Under the pieces are notes generated by a model. It saw nothing but the letters and a program-made list of their open reading frames with translations, was not told the DNA's origin and searched no databases. A stretch of DNA of 64,000 nucleotides from an uncultured Bacteroidota bacterium. GTDB lineage: Bacteria; Bacteroidota; Bacteroidia; UKL13-3. Every line of letters begins with the position of its first letter. The stretch's first letter is position 1. This document shows positions 48,657 to 58,525 of this stretch, in pieces. The stretch is from NCBI GenBank assembly GCA_903883965.1, contig CAISCU010000005.1:26818-90817 (forward strand), in the 5' to 3' direction. The position numbers and the translations under genes are program-made.

Positions 48657-49561
48657 GTTTTAAAAATTAACTTCTTGAATTTTTGCCAGGCAAAATAAGC
48701 AATTGTAGGATTAAATACTTTTAAAATAGTGAATTCATCTGCAGCAATAACTGCTTGCTTGTTACTTGGATGTTTAATTGCTGCCAGCGAATGTGTTTGT
48801 AATGCAGCTACTGCGTGGTTGGGGTTTTTGGTATTCAAGGCCAATGCATCAAAACCAATATTGCTCACTAAATTTTTATTGGGTAAAATACTCAGCCCAT
48901 TGTTGTTCCAACAGGCAAAAGTCCATTGGTAATCCCAGGTTGCCAATTGCTGGTGATAGGTTTTATCAAAAATTTGTTTCCAAATTTTTTGCATGCGGTT
49001 ATTAGTATATATCTGCTTTAACTGATTGGATTTTAAAAAAGCCGGATATGTTTTCATGTCTACATCGTAATGTTTCCAAGCCCTTTTCCAGGTGGCAAAA
49101 CCCCAAATATGATTCAAGTGAGAGAAATAATAATCGCCATCACCCCATGTTTTACCAAATTGAAAATTGTTTCCAGAAATATGCATGATTTGTTCATCAG
49201 TTGCATATTTATGAAGCAATTGTTCGCAAAAGCCAAAAAAACTCAAATCAGGCAAACAGTCGTGTTCAAAAATGATTCCTTGCTCCTCGTTTTCAAAGAG
49301 CCAATGAATGCCTCTGCCTATGGCTATTCGAGGGCCAAAGTTTGCTGTTTCAAACAAAAAATGTACCTGACATGGCCAATCAATGTGTTTTTGTATGCTT
49401 TGCTGAACGCTTAAAAGTTCTGCTGCTTCATGTGGATGGCTCTGCCTGGGTCCGTCTGAATAAATATATAATTTCTGAACCCCAGCTTGTTTGATCCTAG
49501 ACAAAACCTGCAAGGCGGTATCGCTGCGGTTAAAAATAATCAGAAGTACAGGAGTTTGCAT
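48653..49561 (-). CDS. putative nucleotide-diphospho-sugar transferase (HlpA-like / GT-A-like)
   Basis: N-terminal VLLIIFNRSD.ALQVLSRI......KLYIYSDGPR pattern that I recall from HlpA-like glycosyltransferase-fold proteins in Bacteroidota polysaccharide loci. It overlaps the downstream gene by 4 bp. Confidence 0.35.
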   Translation of the reverse strand: MQTPVLLIIFNRSDTALQVLSRIKQAGVQKLYIYSDGPRQSHPHEAAELLSVQQSIQKHIDWPCQVHFLFETANFGPRIAIGRGIHWLFENEEQGIIFEHDCLPDLSFFGFCEQLLHKYATDEQIMHISGNNFQFGKTWGDGDYYFSHLNHIWGFATWKRAWKHYDVDMKTYPAFLKSNQLKQIYTNNRMQKIWKQIFDKTYHQQLATWDYQWTFACWNNNGLSILPNKNLVSNIGFDALALNTKNPNHAVAALQTHSLAAIKHPSNKQAVIAADEFTILKVFNPTIAYFAWQKFKKLIFKT

Positions 49562-49608
49562 GTACAGTGTTATGTGCTATTGGTACGCAAAGAAAGATGT
49601 CAAAACCC

Positions 49609-50802
49609 TTAAAACCAAAGCAAATCGTTGAGCGCATCTTTTAAAGCTTCAACATCTTGCAAACGTGCATAGTTGTCCATGTTGGAAATAGAATAAGGTA
49701 AATCTAAACTACTTGGTTTGTTAAGAATTTCTAATGCTTTTAATTGATCATCTATACTTGATTCTACGGCAATGCCTGTATGGAATGTTTCAACCAACCT
49801 GCCCTGAAATTGGTTAGATTGGCCAATAACTGGTTTGTGAAAAAACGCTGCTTTGCTTAATAAAAATGATGGAACACTTTCTTTTTCTTCATTGAGGTAA
49901 CAGACATCAAAACTTTGAATGATATTGTTTACCTCTTCACTACTTTCAACACGCATTGGAGCAATATAGTGGTTGGATTTATTCTTGTTTAACAGCTGCT
50001 CCAAAACCTGCCTGCTATTTTTGTTCTTAGCTGTAGCTGTTAAATTGCCAGTACACACAAAAAAGTAATCTGTTTCAGGGGCTTGAGAAACCATTTCTAG
50101 AAACCCAGAAGCTTCTTCATTTTCAAGCAAAACAGTTCCTACAACCATTCTGTTCCCAGCCATTTTACGAATGGTATTGGACAAGTTATTTGGTTTTTTA
50201 TGGAGACTCCAATCTGTTACATCGGGCATTACCACCACTTTTTTGTAGATTCTACTTTTTAATTCTTGGCTTTTAAAACGATCTAAAATTGCCGCTCCCA
50301 CACAATTATTGGCTAGAAATAAATAGTCAGGATCTTTAATAGAAGGGTCTACTCCAGTTTTAAGATTTTTTTTGTATAAATGTGCAGTATGGATAAACAA
50401 GCCGCTCCAAGGATATTTAAAAGAAGCGTCCATGATACTTTTCCCGTTTGCAGCAGCAATCCATTCATCAACCGGACAAAAAAATACAAAATCAATCTGA
50501 GTTTGCATGGTTTTCTCGGTTTGTTTCAAGCGGCGGTTTAATTTGATCCAGCTGAATGTAGCGGTTGTTAGGCCCATGTTTTCAAATGAGATAGCGGTCT
50601 CATCTAATGGGAAACACCTAAAATCTCTTGCCTTAAACGGCAGTATTTTTAGCAAATACTCGTTGACAATCAGCCAATCAGGACTAAAAATGAATACTGT
50701 TTTGTTCATTTCTAGTAAGGCTTTTGCGTATTGCATGGCATAAGTTCTATACCTAAAAGAACTTCTAGGGAATACCAATGCTACACAATTAACTTGATTC
50801 AT
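49609..50802 (-). CDS. hypothetical protein (397 aa), first gene of the FkbM/HlpA-like cluster
   Basis: ATG start with a clean intergenic region upstream. I recognise no motif; it is possibly a glycosyltransferase-fold protein. Confidence 0.35.
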   Translation of the reverse strand: MNQVNCVALVFPRSSFRYRTYAMQYAKALLEMNKTVFIFSPDWLIVNEYLLKILPFKARDFRCFPLDETAISFENMGLTTATFSWIKLNRRLKQTEKTMQTQIDFVFFCPVDEWIAAANGKSIMDASFKYPWSGLFIHTAHLYKKNLKTGVDPSIKDPDYLFLANNCVGAAILDRFKSQELKSRIYKKVVVMPDVTDWSLHKKPNNLSNTIRKMAGNRMVVGTVLLENEEASGFLEMVSQAPETDYFFVCTGNLTATAKNKNSRQVLEQLLNKNKSNHYIAPMRVESSEEVNNIIQSFDVCYLNEEKESVPSFLLSKAAFFHKPVIGQSNQFQGRLVETFHTGIAVESSIDDQLKALEILNKPSSLDLPYSISNMDNYARLQDVEALKDALNDLLWF

Positions 50803-50953
50803 GCCACAAATTTCTTGAAAGCCAATGCGATACCCTTTTTATTTTCTAAACATACACACACTCATATTCAGCATAATTGCACAGGAAAAGACACTTTTTT
50901 ACACTTTTTTCGTTTTTTTTTATCAAAAGGCTTTTCCTTTTTAATTAATTTTC

Positions 50954-50961
50954 TACTTTTG
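50954..50961 (+). promoter_or_regulatory. Bacteroidota -7 promoter motif (TACTTTTG) for tRNA-Gln
   Basis: Exact match to TAnnTTTG, 11 nt upstream of the mature tRNA 5' end. Confidence 0.35.
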
Positions 50962-50972
50962 CACACCTCAAT

Positions 50973-51045
50973 TGACCGATGGTGTAACTGGCAACACGTC
51001 TGATTTTGGTTCAGAAGAGTCCAGGTTCGAAACCTGGTCGGTCAA
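50973..51045 (+). tRNA. tRNA-Gln (anticodon UUG)
   Basis: Hand-folded cloverleaf: acceptor TGACCGA/TCGGTCA with the U1:A72 pair typical of bacterial tRNA-Gln; D-stem GTGT/ACAC; anticodon stem TCTGA/TCAGA with loop TTTTGGT (U33, anticodon TTG); T-stem CCAGG/CCTGG with loop TTCGAAA; 73 nt, no encoded CCA. Confidence 0.85.
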
Positions 51046-51091
51046 CAAAATGCAAGCCACGACTGTGGCTTGCATAATTTTTAAACAAAAA

Positions 51092-52039
51092 ATGGTACGC
51101 AACCAGGTTAAAATATTTTCGGGTACAAATTCCCGTTATTTGGCAGAATCAATTGCTCAATCTTTTGGTCTGGAACTCGGCGACTGTACTATCAGTAGAT
51201 TCAGCGATGGGGAATTCCAACCCAATTTCAACGAATCGGTTAGGGGTTGCGATGTATTCATAGTACAATCAACCTTTTCAAACTCAGACAACTTAATGGA
51301 ACTATTGCTCATGATTGATGCCGCAAAAAGAGCTTCTGCGCATTACATTACAGCTGTTATTCCATATTATGGGTTGGCCAGACAAGATAGAAAAGACAAA
51401 CCAAGGGTTTCAATTGGGTCTAAGGTGGTTGCAGATATGTTAACCGTAGTGGGTGCAAGTAGGGTAATTACCATGGACTTACACGCTCCTCAGATTCAAG
51501 GTTTTTTTAAAATTCCATTAGACCACTTAGATCCTTCCATTGTATTTTTACCTTATATGAGGGCGCTCAATTTTGGAAAAGATGTCATTATTGCATCTCC
51601 AGATATGGGTTCTTCAGCCAGGGCTAGAATTTATGCCAAGGCATTGGGTTGTGACATGGTTATTGTAGACAAAGAAAGAAGAAGAGCCAATGAAATAGCC
51701 TCAATGAACCTCATTGGAGACGTTCAAGGCAAACAAGTGATGATGGTAGACGATATCATTGACACTGGAAATACATTGGCAAAAGCAGCACAATTGCTCA
51801 AAGATAAAGGGGCTGTAAGTGTAAGAGCTATGTGTACACACCCTGTTTTGAGTGGTAAGGCTTATGAAGTAATTGAACAAAGTGTTATTGATGAGCTAGT
51901 GGTATGTGATACCATTCCATTGGCAAAACAAAGTAACAAAATAAAAGTATTATCGACGGCCAAGCTTTTTGCTGACGCCATCCGTAATATAACTGAACAT
52001 GGTTCTATCAGTTCTTTATTCGAAATACCGAGTAAATAA
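51092..52039 (+). CDS. prs: ribose-phosphate pyrophosphokinase
   Basis: The start is refined to the ATG at 51092 (MVRNQVKIFSGTNSRYLAESIA...) because the listed ORF runs through the tRNA. PRPP-binding motif (VMMVDDIIDTGNTL) and a flexible-loop region. Confidence 0.85.
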   Translation: MVRNQVKIFSGTNSRYLAESIAQSFGLELGDCTISRFSDGEFQPNFNESVRGCDVFIVQSTFSNSDNLMELLLMIDAAKRASAHYITAVIPYYGLARQDRKDKPRVSIGSKVVADMLTVVGASRVITMDLHAPQIQGFFKIPLDHLDPSIVFLPYMRALNFGKDVIIASPDMGSSARARIYAKALGCDMVIVDKERRRANEIASMNLIGDVQGKQVMMVDDIIDTGNTLAKAAQLLKDKGAVSVRAMCTHPVLSGKAYEVIEQSVIDELVVCDTIPLAKQSNKIKVLSTAKLFADAIRNITEHGSISSLFEIPSK

Positions 52040-52124
52040 CAGAAAGAATCTATAGTTGATGGGAAATAGTCGCTTACCCAAATGGATAGCGGTGATTTTT
52101 GAGTAAACCGAAAAAATAAAATAT

Positions 52125-52715
52125 ATGAAAACAATCGCAATGTTTGGAAATGCCCGTACCACAGTTGGTAAGGTGTCAACCAAAGCTCTAAGAACCGAAG
52201 GAAAAGTTCCATGTGTTCTTTATGGTGGAAAAGAGAATGTTCAATTCTCAATGTTTGAACCAGACTTTAAAATGTTGGTTTATACACCAAACACTTACAA
52301 AGTAAAATTAGATATTGATGGTAAAACTTACCATGCATTCTTAAAAGACATCCAGTACCATCCTGTAAATGATGCTATTTTACATGCAGATTTTCTTGAA
52401 ATTTCAGAAGACAAAGCTGTAGAAGTAAGCATTCCTGTTCGTTTGGTAGGAAACTCAATTGGTGTAAGACAAGGGGGTAAATTATTGGTAAAAGCAAAAA
52501 AACTACGTGTTCGTGCTTTGCCTGCTCAATTACCTGATGCCATTGAATTGAACATTGAAACTTTAGAAATTGGTAAATCAATGAAAGTTGCAGATGTACA
52601 AGCTGGTGATTTAGAATTGTTAGATTCTCCTAACAACCCAATTGTAACCATCAAAACAACCCGTGCTGCACAAGAAGCTGCAAAAGGAGATGAAGGTGGC
52701 AAAAAGAAAAAATAA
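52125..52715 (+). CDS. rplY: 50S ribosomal protein L25 / general stress protein Ctc
   Basis: N-terminal ..R...GK...K.LR..GKVP.VLYG.. pattern, 196 aa with a C-terminal extension. The conserved order prs-ctc-pth is present. Confidence 0.85.
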   Translation: MKTIAMFGNARTTVGKVSTKALRTEGKVPCVLYGGKENVQFSMFEPDFKMLVYTPNTYKVKLDIDGKTYHAFLKDIQYHPVNDAILHADFLEISEDKAVEVSIPVRLVGNSIGVRQGGKLLVKAKKLRVRALPAQLPDAIELNIETLEIGKSMKVADVQAGDLELLDSPNNPIVTIKTTRAAQEAAKGDEGGKKKK

Positions 52716-52737
52716 GTTGAAAACTTGTTTCATCATA

Positions 52738-52770
52738 AAAAAACCCGGCTTTGCCGGGTATTTTGTTTTT
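52738..52770 (+). terminator. Rho-independent terminator after rplY
   Basis: AAAAAAACCCGGC-TTT-GCCGGGTATTTTGTTTTT. Confidence 0.5.
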
Positions 52771-52810
52771 AAATGAATTTTCAAATGCGAACCCTTAGTT
52801 TTGTATCAAC

Positions 52811-53374
52811 TTGAAATATTTAATTGTAGGTTTAGGCAATCCGGGCAATGAATACAAACATACCCGGCACAATATAGGATTTGACATTGCAGATGCATTG
52901 GCAGCCCAACACGGCGCCATGTTTTCAGTACAGAAATTGGCAGAAGTAGCAAATTATGCTTTTAAAGGAAGGCAGGTATGTTTAATCAAGCCCATTACTT
53001 TTATGAATTTGAGTGGAAAAGCATTGCGCTATTGGATGCAAGAAATGCAAGTGCCATTGGCCAATGTATTGGTATTGGTTGATGATTTGGCAATTGATTT
53101 TGGTAAAATTCGGATCAAACCTTCTGGGAGTGATGCTGGTCATAACGGGCTTAAAAATATTTGTGAATGTTTACAAACCAAAGATTATCCAAGACTCAGG
53201 TTTGGAATTGGTAGCAATTTTCACAAAGGCAAACAAGTAGAATATGTATTGGGTAACTGGACCCCAAATGAAGCAGCTGAATTGCCTTTATTAATAGATA
53301 CAGCTGTAAAGGCCTGTGATAGTTTTGTATTTAAGGGTCTGGCATTAACCATGAATGAATTCAGTAAAAAATGA
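52811..53374 (+). CDS. pth: aminoacyl-tRNA hydrolase
   Basis: (M)KYLIVGLGNPGNEYKHTRHNIGF with the catalytic His; the TTG start is the first start after an in-frame TAG. Confidence 0.85.
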   Translation: MKYLIVGLGNPGNEYKHTRHNIGFDIADALAAQHGAMFSVQKLAEVANYAFKGRQVCLIKPITFMNLSGKALRYWMQEMQVPLANVLVLVDDLAIDFGKIRIKPSGSDAGHNGLKNICECLQTKDYPRLRFGIGSNFHKGKQVEYVLGNWTPNEAAELPLLIDTAVKACDSFVFKGLALTMNEFSKK

Positions 53375-54675
53375 GCAATACACCCAATAAATACCTTTCT
53401 AACAGCCTTTGGATGTTGCTTGAAAAATCGGCCCGAATTATATCAGGCATCTTAGTTGGTATATTGGTTGCAAGGTATTTAGGTGCCGACCAGTATGGGC
53501 TCATCAATTATGCATTGAGTATCATGGCCATTTTTACAATCCTTTCTACATTGGGTTTGGAAAACATTGTTGTCAGAGAATTAATTACCAGAAAAGAAGA
53601 CAAAAATCAAATACTAGGAACAGGTTTTATACTCAGGTTGGTAGGCTCATTCTTGGTATTGGGTGGCGCAACTGCTTATTCCATGTTAAGAGATACACCA
53701 GACAAAACCTTGATTGTGTTTATTGTAAGCTTAACAGTGGTTTTACAATCGTTTGTAGTAGTTGATTTGTACTTTCAATCTATTTTAAAAGGTAAGTATA
53801 CCGCCATTGGTCAAGTGGTTTCATTGTTGGTTTCATCGGTAGTTAAATTGACTTTAATTTATATACAGGCAAGCGTATATTGGTTTGCAGCGATGGCTGT
53901 TTTTGAAGCGTTTATTACCTTTTTATTGCAGTGGCGTTTCTTTACAAATGAAGGCGAACGCATTTGGAACTGGTCATTTTCTTTTAAAGAAGCCAAAGGT
54001 TTGTTATACCATAGTTTGCCATTGATTATTGGTTCGTTTGTTTTGATGTTGTACCAAAAATCTGGTGAAATTTTAGTTTTACGTTTTTTAAGAGATTTAA
54101 ATTTAGTAGGTCAGTATTCGGCTGCTGTAAGAATGAGTGAAGCCTCCTATTTTATTCCGGTTGCTATCTGTGCCGCTGTTTTTCCAGGAATTATCAATAA
54201 CAGAAGCAATCCCGAATTGCAACTTAAGCGCTACACGCAATTGTGTGCCATTATGTTGTGGTCGGCTTTAATCATTGCAATTGGAGGAACCCTTTTTGGT
54301 GATTTTGTAATTAGTACTTTGTTTAAAGAAAAATACAACCTTTCTCCAGCTGTTTTCAAAATACATATTTGGGGTGCTATCCCTGTTTTTTATGGAACTG
54401 CTTGGGGCACTTGGATGTTGGCACAAAACAAACAACGAATTGTCATTTATTTTCAGGTTTGGAATTTGATGGTGTATTTACTAACCAGCTTTTATTTTAT
54501 TCCAAAGTACCAGCTAAATGGGATGGCCTACGCCGTAGTGTTCACGTATTTTACAGGTATGTTTTTTACTTTGTTTTTGTTTCAGCCTGCACAAAGTTTT
54601 CGCATTTTCATGAAAGCACTTCATCCCAAACAATTAATTGATGTTTTCAAATACGGCAAATCCCAATTAAATTAG
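53371..54675 (+). CDS. oligosaccharide flippase family protein (Wzx-like, MOP superfamily)
   Basis: 434 aa with ~12 TM helices and an N-terminal ..LWMLLEKSARIISGILVGILVARYLG...YG pattern typical of polysaccharide-biosynthesis flippases. Its ATG overlaps the pth TGA (ATGA). Confidence 0.65.
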   Translation: MSNTPNKYLSNSLWMLLEKSARIISGILVGILVARYLGADQYGLINYALSIMAIFTILSTLGLENIVVRELITRKEDKNQILGTGFILRLVGSFLVLGGATAYSMLRDTPDKTLIVFIVSLTVVLQSFVVVDLYFQSILKGKYTAIGQVVSLLVSSVVKLTLIYIQASVYWFAAMAVFEAFITFLLQWRFFTNEGERIWNWSFSFKEAKGLLYHSLPLIIGSFVLMLYQKSGEILVLRFLRDLNLVGQYSAAVRMSEASYFIPVAICAAVFPGIINNRSNPELQLKRYTQLCAIMLWSALIIAIGGTLFGDFVISTLFKEKYNLSPAVFKIHIWGAIPVFYGTAWGTWMLAQNKQRIVIYFQVWNLMVYLLTSFYFIPKYQLNGMAYAVVFTYFTGMFFTLFLFQPAQSFRIFMKALHPKQLIDVFKYGKSQLN

Positions 54676-54693
54676 CGAGAACCCAATTGTAGT

Positions 54694-55998
54694 ATGCTTA
54701 TTTTTTGTCCGCAAGAATCTGATCGTTTTACATACCTATTAAATGAACTGCTTGTACGCAGAATGGGCATATCTTATACCATTACAGACAATGAAGCCTA
54801 CTTTATTAAATCGGCAGCAGTTAAGTTAAACTACAGCAATCAGGTGTTTCCAAATTGTGTAAATATACCCTTACACGGATTGCTTTTTGAACAAGATATA
54901 GTTGAACAAGACATTCAAGTATCTGCCCATAACAAATGGTTAAAAATGTTTTTTCAATTAACAATTGAAGCACCTGTTGGCATACATGAAAAATATGTTC
55001 TATTGCCTTTTGACCTATTTTCTGCAGCTTTTTATTTATTGTCTAGGTATGAAGAAGCCTTACCCAAAAGAACAACAGATAAACACGGAAGATATGCATC
55101 TGAAAATTCGTTGGCAGTACAACATAATTTTATCAAGCTGCCATTGGTTGATTGTTGGATTCAAGTACTCAAGACGTTGATTTCAGAACATTTTCCAGCA
55201 CAAAGCTTTCTTGCACATCAAACAAAATTTATCAATACCATAGACATTGATTTTCTCTATAAATTCAAAGGATTGACCTTTACCAACAAAGTAAAAAAAT
55301 CGCTAGGTTTTATGGTTAGAAATCAAATCAATCAAATTAAAAAGCTTTGGTTTCCGGTGGACCCAGATCCTTACGATACCTTTGATCAGTTGGTATTGCC
55401 TGATATTGAAACCCTGTTTTTTGTACTCATGGCCAATGGTTCTAAATTTGATCAAAATATTCACCTAGATAGTATAGAATTACAAACAGTACTCAAAGGC
55501 CTGAGTCTATCAAATCCTATTGGCATTCATCCTTCTTTACAATCGCACCATTTTCCAAAACAAATTCAACTTGAAATCAGTAAACTGAGTGCTGTTGTTC
55601 AAAAAGAAATATACTTGTCTAGACAGCATTTTCTCAAATTCAAATGGCCTGATACTTACCGTAAATTAACTGAGGCAGGTATTCAAGAAGATTACTCAAT
55701 GGCCTATCCTGATACTTTGGGTTTTAGGGCGTCAACAGCCTTTCCTTTTAGAGCGTTTGACATTAAAAACAATTGTGAATTGCCCATTGTTATTCACAGT
55801 CCTTGTGTAATGGATGTGACCCTTAAAAACCAATTGAAACTATTGCCAAATGAGGCGGTATTAGCTATTGCTGAGTTAAAAAATGCAGTAGAACAAGTAG
55901 GTGGTGAAATGATAGGTATTTGGCACAATTCTTCTTTTGACAGGGATCAGGGCTGGAATGGTTGGGAGATGGCTTACCAATCATTGTACAGCAAATAA
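54694..55998 (+). CDS. hypothetical protein (434 aa), possibly a polysaccharide deacetylase-like partner of the flippase
   Basis: No confident motif. It lies 18 bp downstream of the flippase on the same strand. The C-terminal half has His-containing motifs (IGIHPS; SRQHFLKF) reminiscent of deacetylase-like barrels, but this is weak. Confidence 0.3.
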   Translation: MLIFCPQESDRFTYLLNELLVRRMGISYTITDNEAYFIKSAAVKLNYSNQVFPNCVNIPLHGLLFEQDIVEQDIQVSAHNKWLKMFFQLTIEAPVGIHEKYVLLPFDLFSAAFYLLSRYEEALPKRTTDKHGRYASENSLAVQHNFIKLPLVDCWIQVLKTLISEHFPAQSFLAHQTKFINTIDIDFLYKFKGLTFTNKVKKSLGFMVRNQINQIKKLWFPVDPDPYDTFDQLVLPDIETLFFVLMANGSKFDQNIHLDSIELQTVLKGLSLSNPIGIHPSLQSHHFPKQIQLEISKLSAVVQKEIYLSRQHFLKFKWPDTYRKLTEAGIQEDYSMAYPDTLGFRASTAFPFRAFDIKNNCELPIVIHSPCVMDVTLKNQLKLLPNEAVLAIAELKNAVEQVGGEMIGIWHNSSFDRDQGWNGWEMAYQSLYSK

Positions 55999-56055
55999 AT
56001 CTGCATTTGGTCTCTGCTTCAAATTAAGTGTATATTTGAAATTTGGCAGTAGTTT

Positions 56056-57522
56056 ATGAATGGCAAACTAAAAATTTACGATACACTCAGCAAATCTCTT
56101 AAAGTATTTGAACCAATTCATGCACCCTTGGTAGGAATGTATGTTTGCGGTCCTACGGTATACAGCAATGTGCATTTAGGAAATGTAAGAACCTTTTTGT
56201 CTTTTGACATTGTATTCAGGTACCTTACTCATTTGGGATACAAAGTCAGATATGTGCGCAACATTACAGATGCCGGACACTTAGAAAATGATGCCGATGA
56301 AGGAGAAGATAAAATTGGTAAAAAAGCAAAGTTAGAGCAGTTAGAACCAATGGAAATTGTTCAACGCTATACCACAGATTTTAGAGTGGTAATGCAACAA
56401 TTTAACAACCTGCCTCCTAGTATAGAACCAACAGCTACTGGGCATATCATAGAACAAATAGAATTGACCAAAAAAATCATGGCCAATGGCTTTGCTTATG
56501 AGTCTAACGGGAGCGTTTATTTTGACGTGGAAAAATTTTCAGCCCAATACCCATACACAGAATTGTCTGGTAGAAATTTAGAAGAGTTACTCAACAATAC
56601 CAGAGAATTGGGTGGACAATCAGAAAAAAGAGGCAGACTCGATTTTGCACTTTGGATCAAAGCGAAACCAGAACATATTATGAGGTGGCCTAGCCCATGG
56701 GGAGATGGTTTTCCTGGATGGCATTTAGAATGTTCAGCCATGAGTAGTAAATACCTTGGAGAACATTTTGATATACACGGCGGAGGAATGGATTTAATTC
56801 CTACCCACCATACCAATGAAGTTGCTCAACATTTGGCTTGTTTTCATCAAAAGCCAGTTAATTATTGGATACATACCAATATGCTTACAGTAAACGGGCA
56901 AAAAATGAGTAAAAGTTTAGGGAATTCTTTTTTACCACACGAGTTGTTTTCAGGTTCTCATGCGCTTTTGGAGCGAGGTTACAGCCCAATGGTAGTACGT
57001 TTTTTTATGCTTCAGGCACATTACAGAAGTACCTTAGATTTTAGCAATGAAGCACTTCAAGCTGCAGAAAAAGGGTTTACCCGTTTAATGAATGCTTGTA
57101 AAATTGTTGCTAGTTTACCCGTGAGTAATCAAAATGAGGTAGATGCCCAAGCCATTCAACAACAGGTTTATCAGTCTATGAACGAAGATTTCAATACGCC
57201 TTTGGCATTGGCAGCTTTGTTTGAAGGAGTAAGGTCTATCAATGCCGTACAAGACGGTAAGCTGAAAATTGATGAAAACAACAAGGCCATCTTGGTAAAA
57301 CTTTACAACGAACTGGTGTTTGATGTTCTCGGATTGCAGACAGAAAATACCCAGAACGAAAACCTCATAGATGGCGTCATGCAAATGGTTTTAGAACAAC
57401 GTACAATGGCCAAGCAGCGCAAAGATTTTGCTGCATCAGATGCAATCAGAGATCAGTTAAAAGTTTTAGGCATTGAAGTAAAAGATGGCAAAGAAGGCAG
57501 TACTTATCAAATTAATTTGTAA
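56056..57522 (+). CDS. cysS: cysteine--tRNA ligase
   Basis: Class I HIGH-type motif (CGPTVYSNVHLGN), Zn ligands, KMSKS and a C-terminal DALR-like domain. Confidence 0.9.
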   Translation: MNGKLKIYDTLSKSLKVFEPIHAPLVGMYVCGPTVYSNVHLGNVRTFLSFDIVFRYLTHLGYKVRYVRNITDAGHLENDADEGEDKIGKKAKLEQLEPMEIVQRYTTDFRVVMQQFNNLPPSIEPTATGHIIEQIELTKKIMANGFAYESNGSVYFDVEKFSAQYPYTELSGRNLEELLNNTRELGGQSEKRGRLDFALWIKAKPEHIMRWPSPWGDGFPGWHLECSAMSSKYLGEHFDIHGGGMDLIPTHHTNEVAQHLACFHQKPVNYWIHTNMLTVNGQKMSKSLGNSFLPHELFSGSHALLERGYSPMVVRFFMLQAHYRSTLDFSNEALQAAEKGFTRLMNACKIVASLPVSNQNEVDAQAIQQQVYQSMNEDFNTPLALAALFEGVRSINAVQDGKLKIDENNKAILVKLYNELVFDVLGLQTENTQNENLIDGVMQMVLEQRTMAKQRKDFAASDAIRDQLKVLGIEVKDGKEGSTYQINL

Positions 57523-57523
57523 C

Positions 57524-58525
57524 ATGAGCTATTCATTTTTTAGTATTAAAAATACGCTTTTCTTAGTTGTACTTTTCCAAATGATGGCATGTAGCAACAA
57601 TGAGTCAAATCATAAAAAAGCAGCCACACAGGCCACGCAAGCAACATATAATCAGGTATCACCAGTATTCAATGCAGATTCTGCTTACGAATTTGTGCAA
57701 CACCAGGTAGGTTTTGGACCAAGATTTACCAACTCAGAAGGACATACCAATTGTGGCAATTGGCTCGAAAAGCAATTTGGACTGTATGCCGATAAAGTCA
57801 GTGTTCAGAAAGCAGATGTTAAAAATTTTGATGGCAACATGTTGCACATTAAAAACATAACAGCTTCTTTTAATCCAAATGCTAAAACCCGAATTTTAAT
57901 TGCTGCCCATTGGGACAGCCGACCATACGCTGATCAAGACCTTGATGAAACAAATAAAAATGAGCCCATTTTAGCAGCTGATGATGCAGCTAGTGGTGTT
58001 GCTGTGATGTTAGAAATGGCAAGGGTTTTGTCTCAGAAGCAAGCTACAGTTGGTGTGGATCTAATTTGTTTTGATGCAGAAGATTTGGGTAAACCACAAT
58101 TTGAAGATTCGTATTGTTTGGGTTCTCAATATTGGGCTAAAAAGGCTAAGGAAACAGGTTATCAAGCAAAATATGGCGTATTATTAGACATGGTAGGTGC
58201 CAGAAATGCCAAATTTGTATGGGAAGGTTTTAGTGTAAAATATGCAGAACCTATTATTAGAAAAGTTTGGGATCAGGCTGTACAATTGGGCTTCAGTAAT
58301 CAGTTTTATTATTACCGTGGCGGCGGCATTACAGATGACCATTATTATGTAAATACCATTGCAAATATTCCAATGATTGATATCATCCATTTTTCTGATG
58401 AAACCAAAACAGGTTTTCCTGCTCACTGGCATACGCTTTCAGACAACATGGCTGTAATAGATAGGGTAACACTCAAAGCCGTTGGACAAACTTTGTTGGA
58501 AATCATCTACAAAGAGCAAAAATGA
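57524..58525 (+). CDS. M28 family peptidase / glutaminyl-cyclase-like lipoprotein
   Basis: The start is refined to the ATG at 57524 (signal ..LVVLFQMMAC lipobox). M28 metal-ligand context (IAAHWDSRPYADQD; DAEDLG; DD.ASGVAV). It starts 1 nt after the cysS stop. Confidence 0.65.
   Translation: MSYSFFSIKNTLFLVVLFQMMACSNNESNHKKAATQATQATYNQVSPVFNADSAYEFVQHQVGFGPRFTNSEGHTNCGNWLEKQFGLYADKVSVQKADVKNFDGNMLHIKNITASFNPNAKTRILIAAHWDSRPYADQDLDETNKNEPILAADDAASGVAVMLEMARVLSQKQATVGVDLICFDAEDLGKPQFEDSYCLGSQYWAKKAKETGYQAKYGVLLDMVGARNAKFVWEGFSVKYAEPIIRKVWDQAVQLGFSNQFYYYRGGGITDDHYYVNTIANIPMIDIIHFSDETKTGFPAHWHTLSDNMAVIDRVTLKAVGQTLLEIIYKEQK

Noticed and set aside
50973-51045. tRNA-Gln as the integration site of a genomic island containing prs/rplY/pth
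   Set aside because: The genes at the tRNA 3' side are the universally conserved prs-ctc-pth operon, and no integrase, direct repeat of the tRNA 3' end, or mobile gene is visible. The accessory-looking glycan genes lie on the 5' (promoter) side, which is not the usual attachment side.
50972-51091. 5' extension of the prs ORF across the tRNA-Gln gene (MTDGVTGNTSDFGSEESRFETWSVNKMQATT...)
   Set aside because: It is a translation of the tRNA sequence itself. The conserved Prs N-terminus begins at the ATG at 51092.
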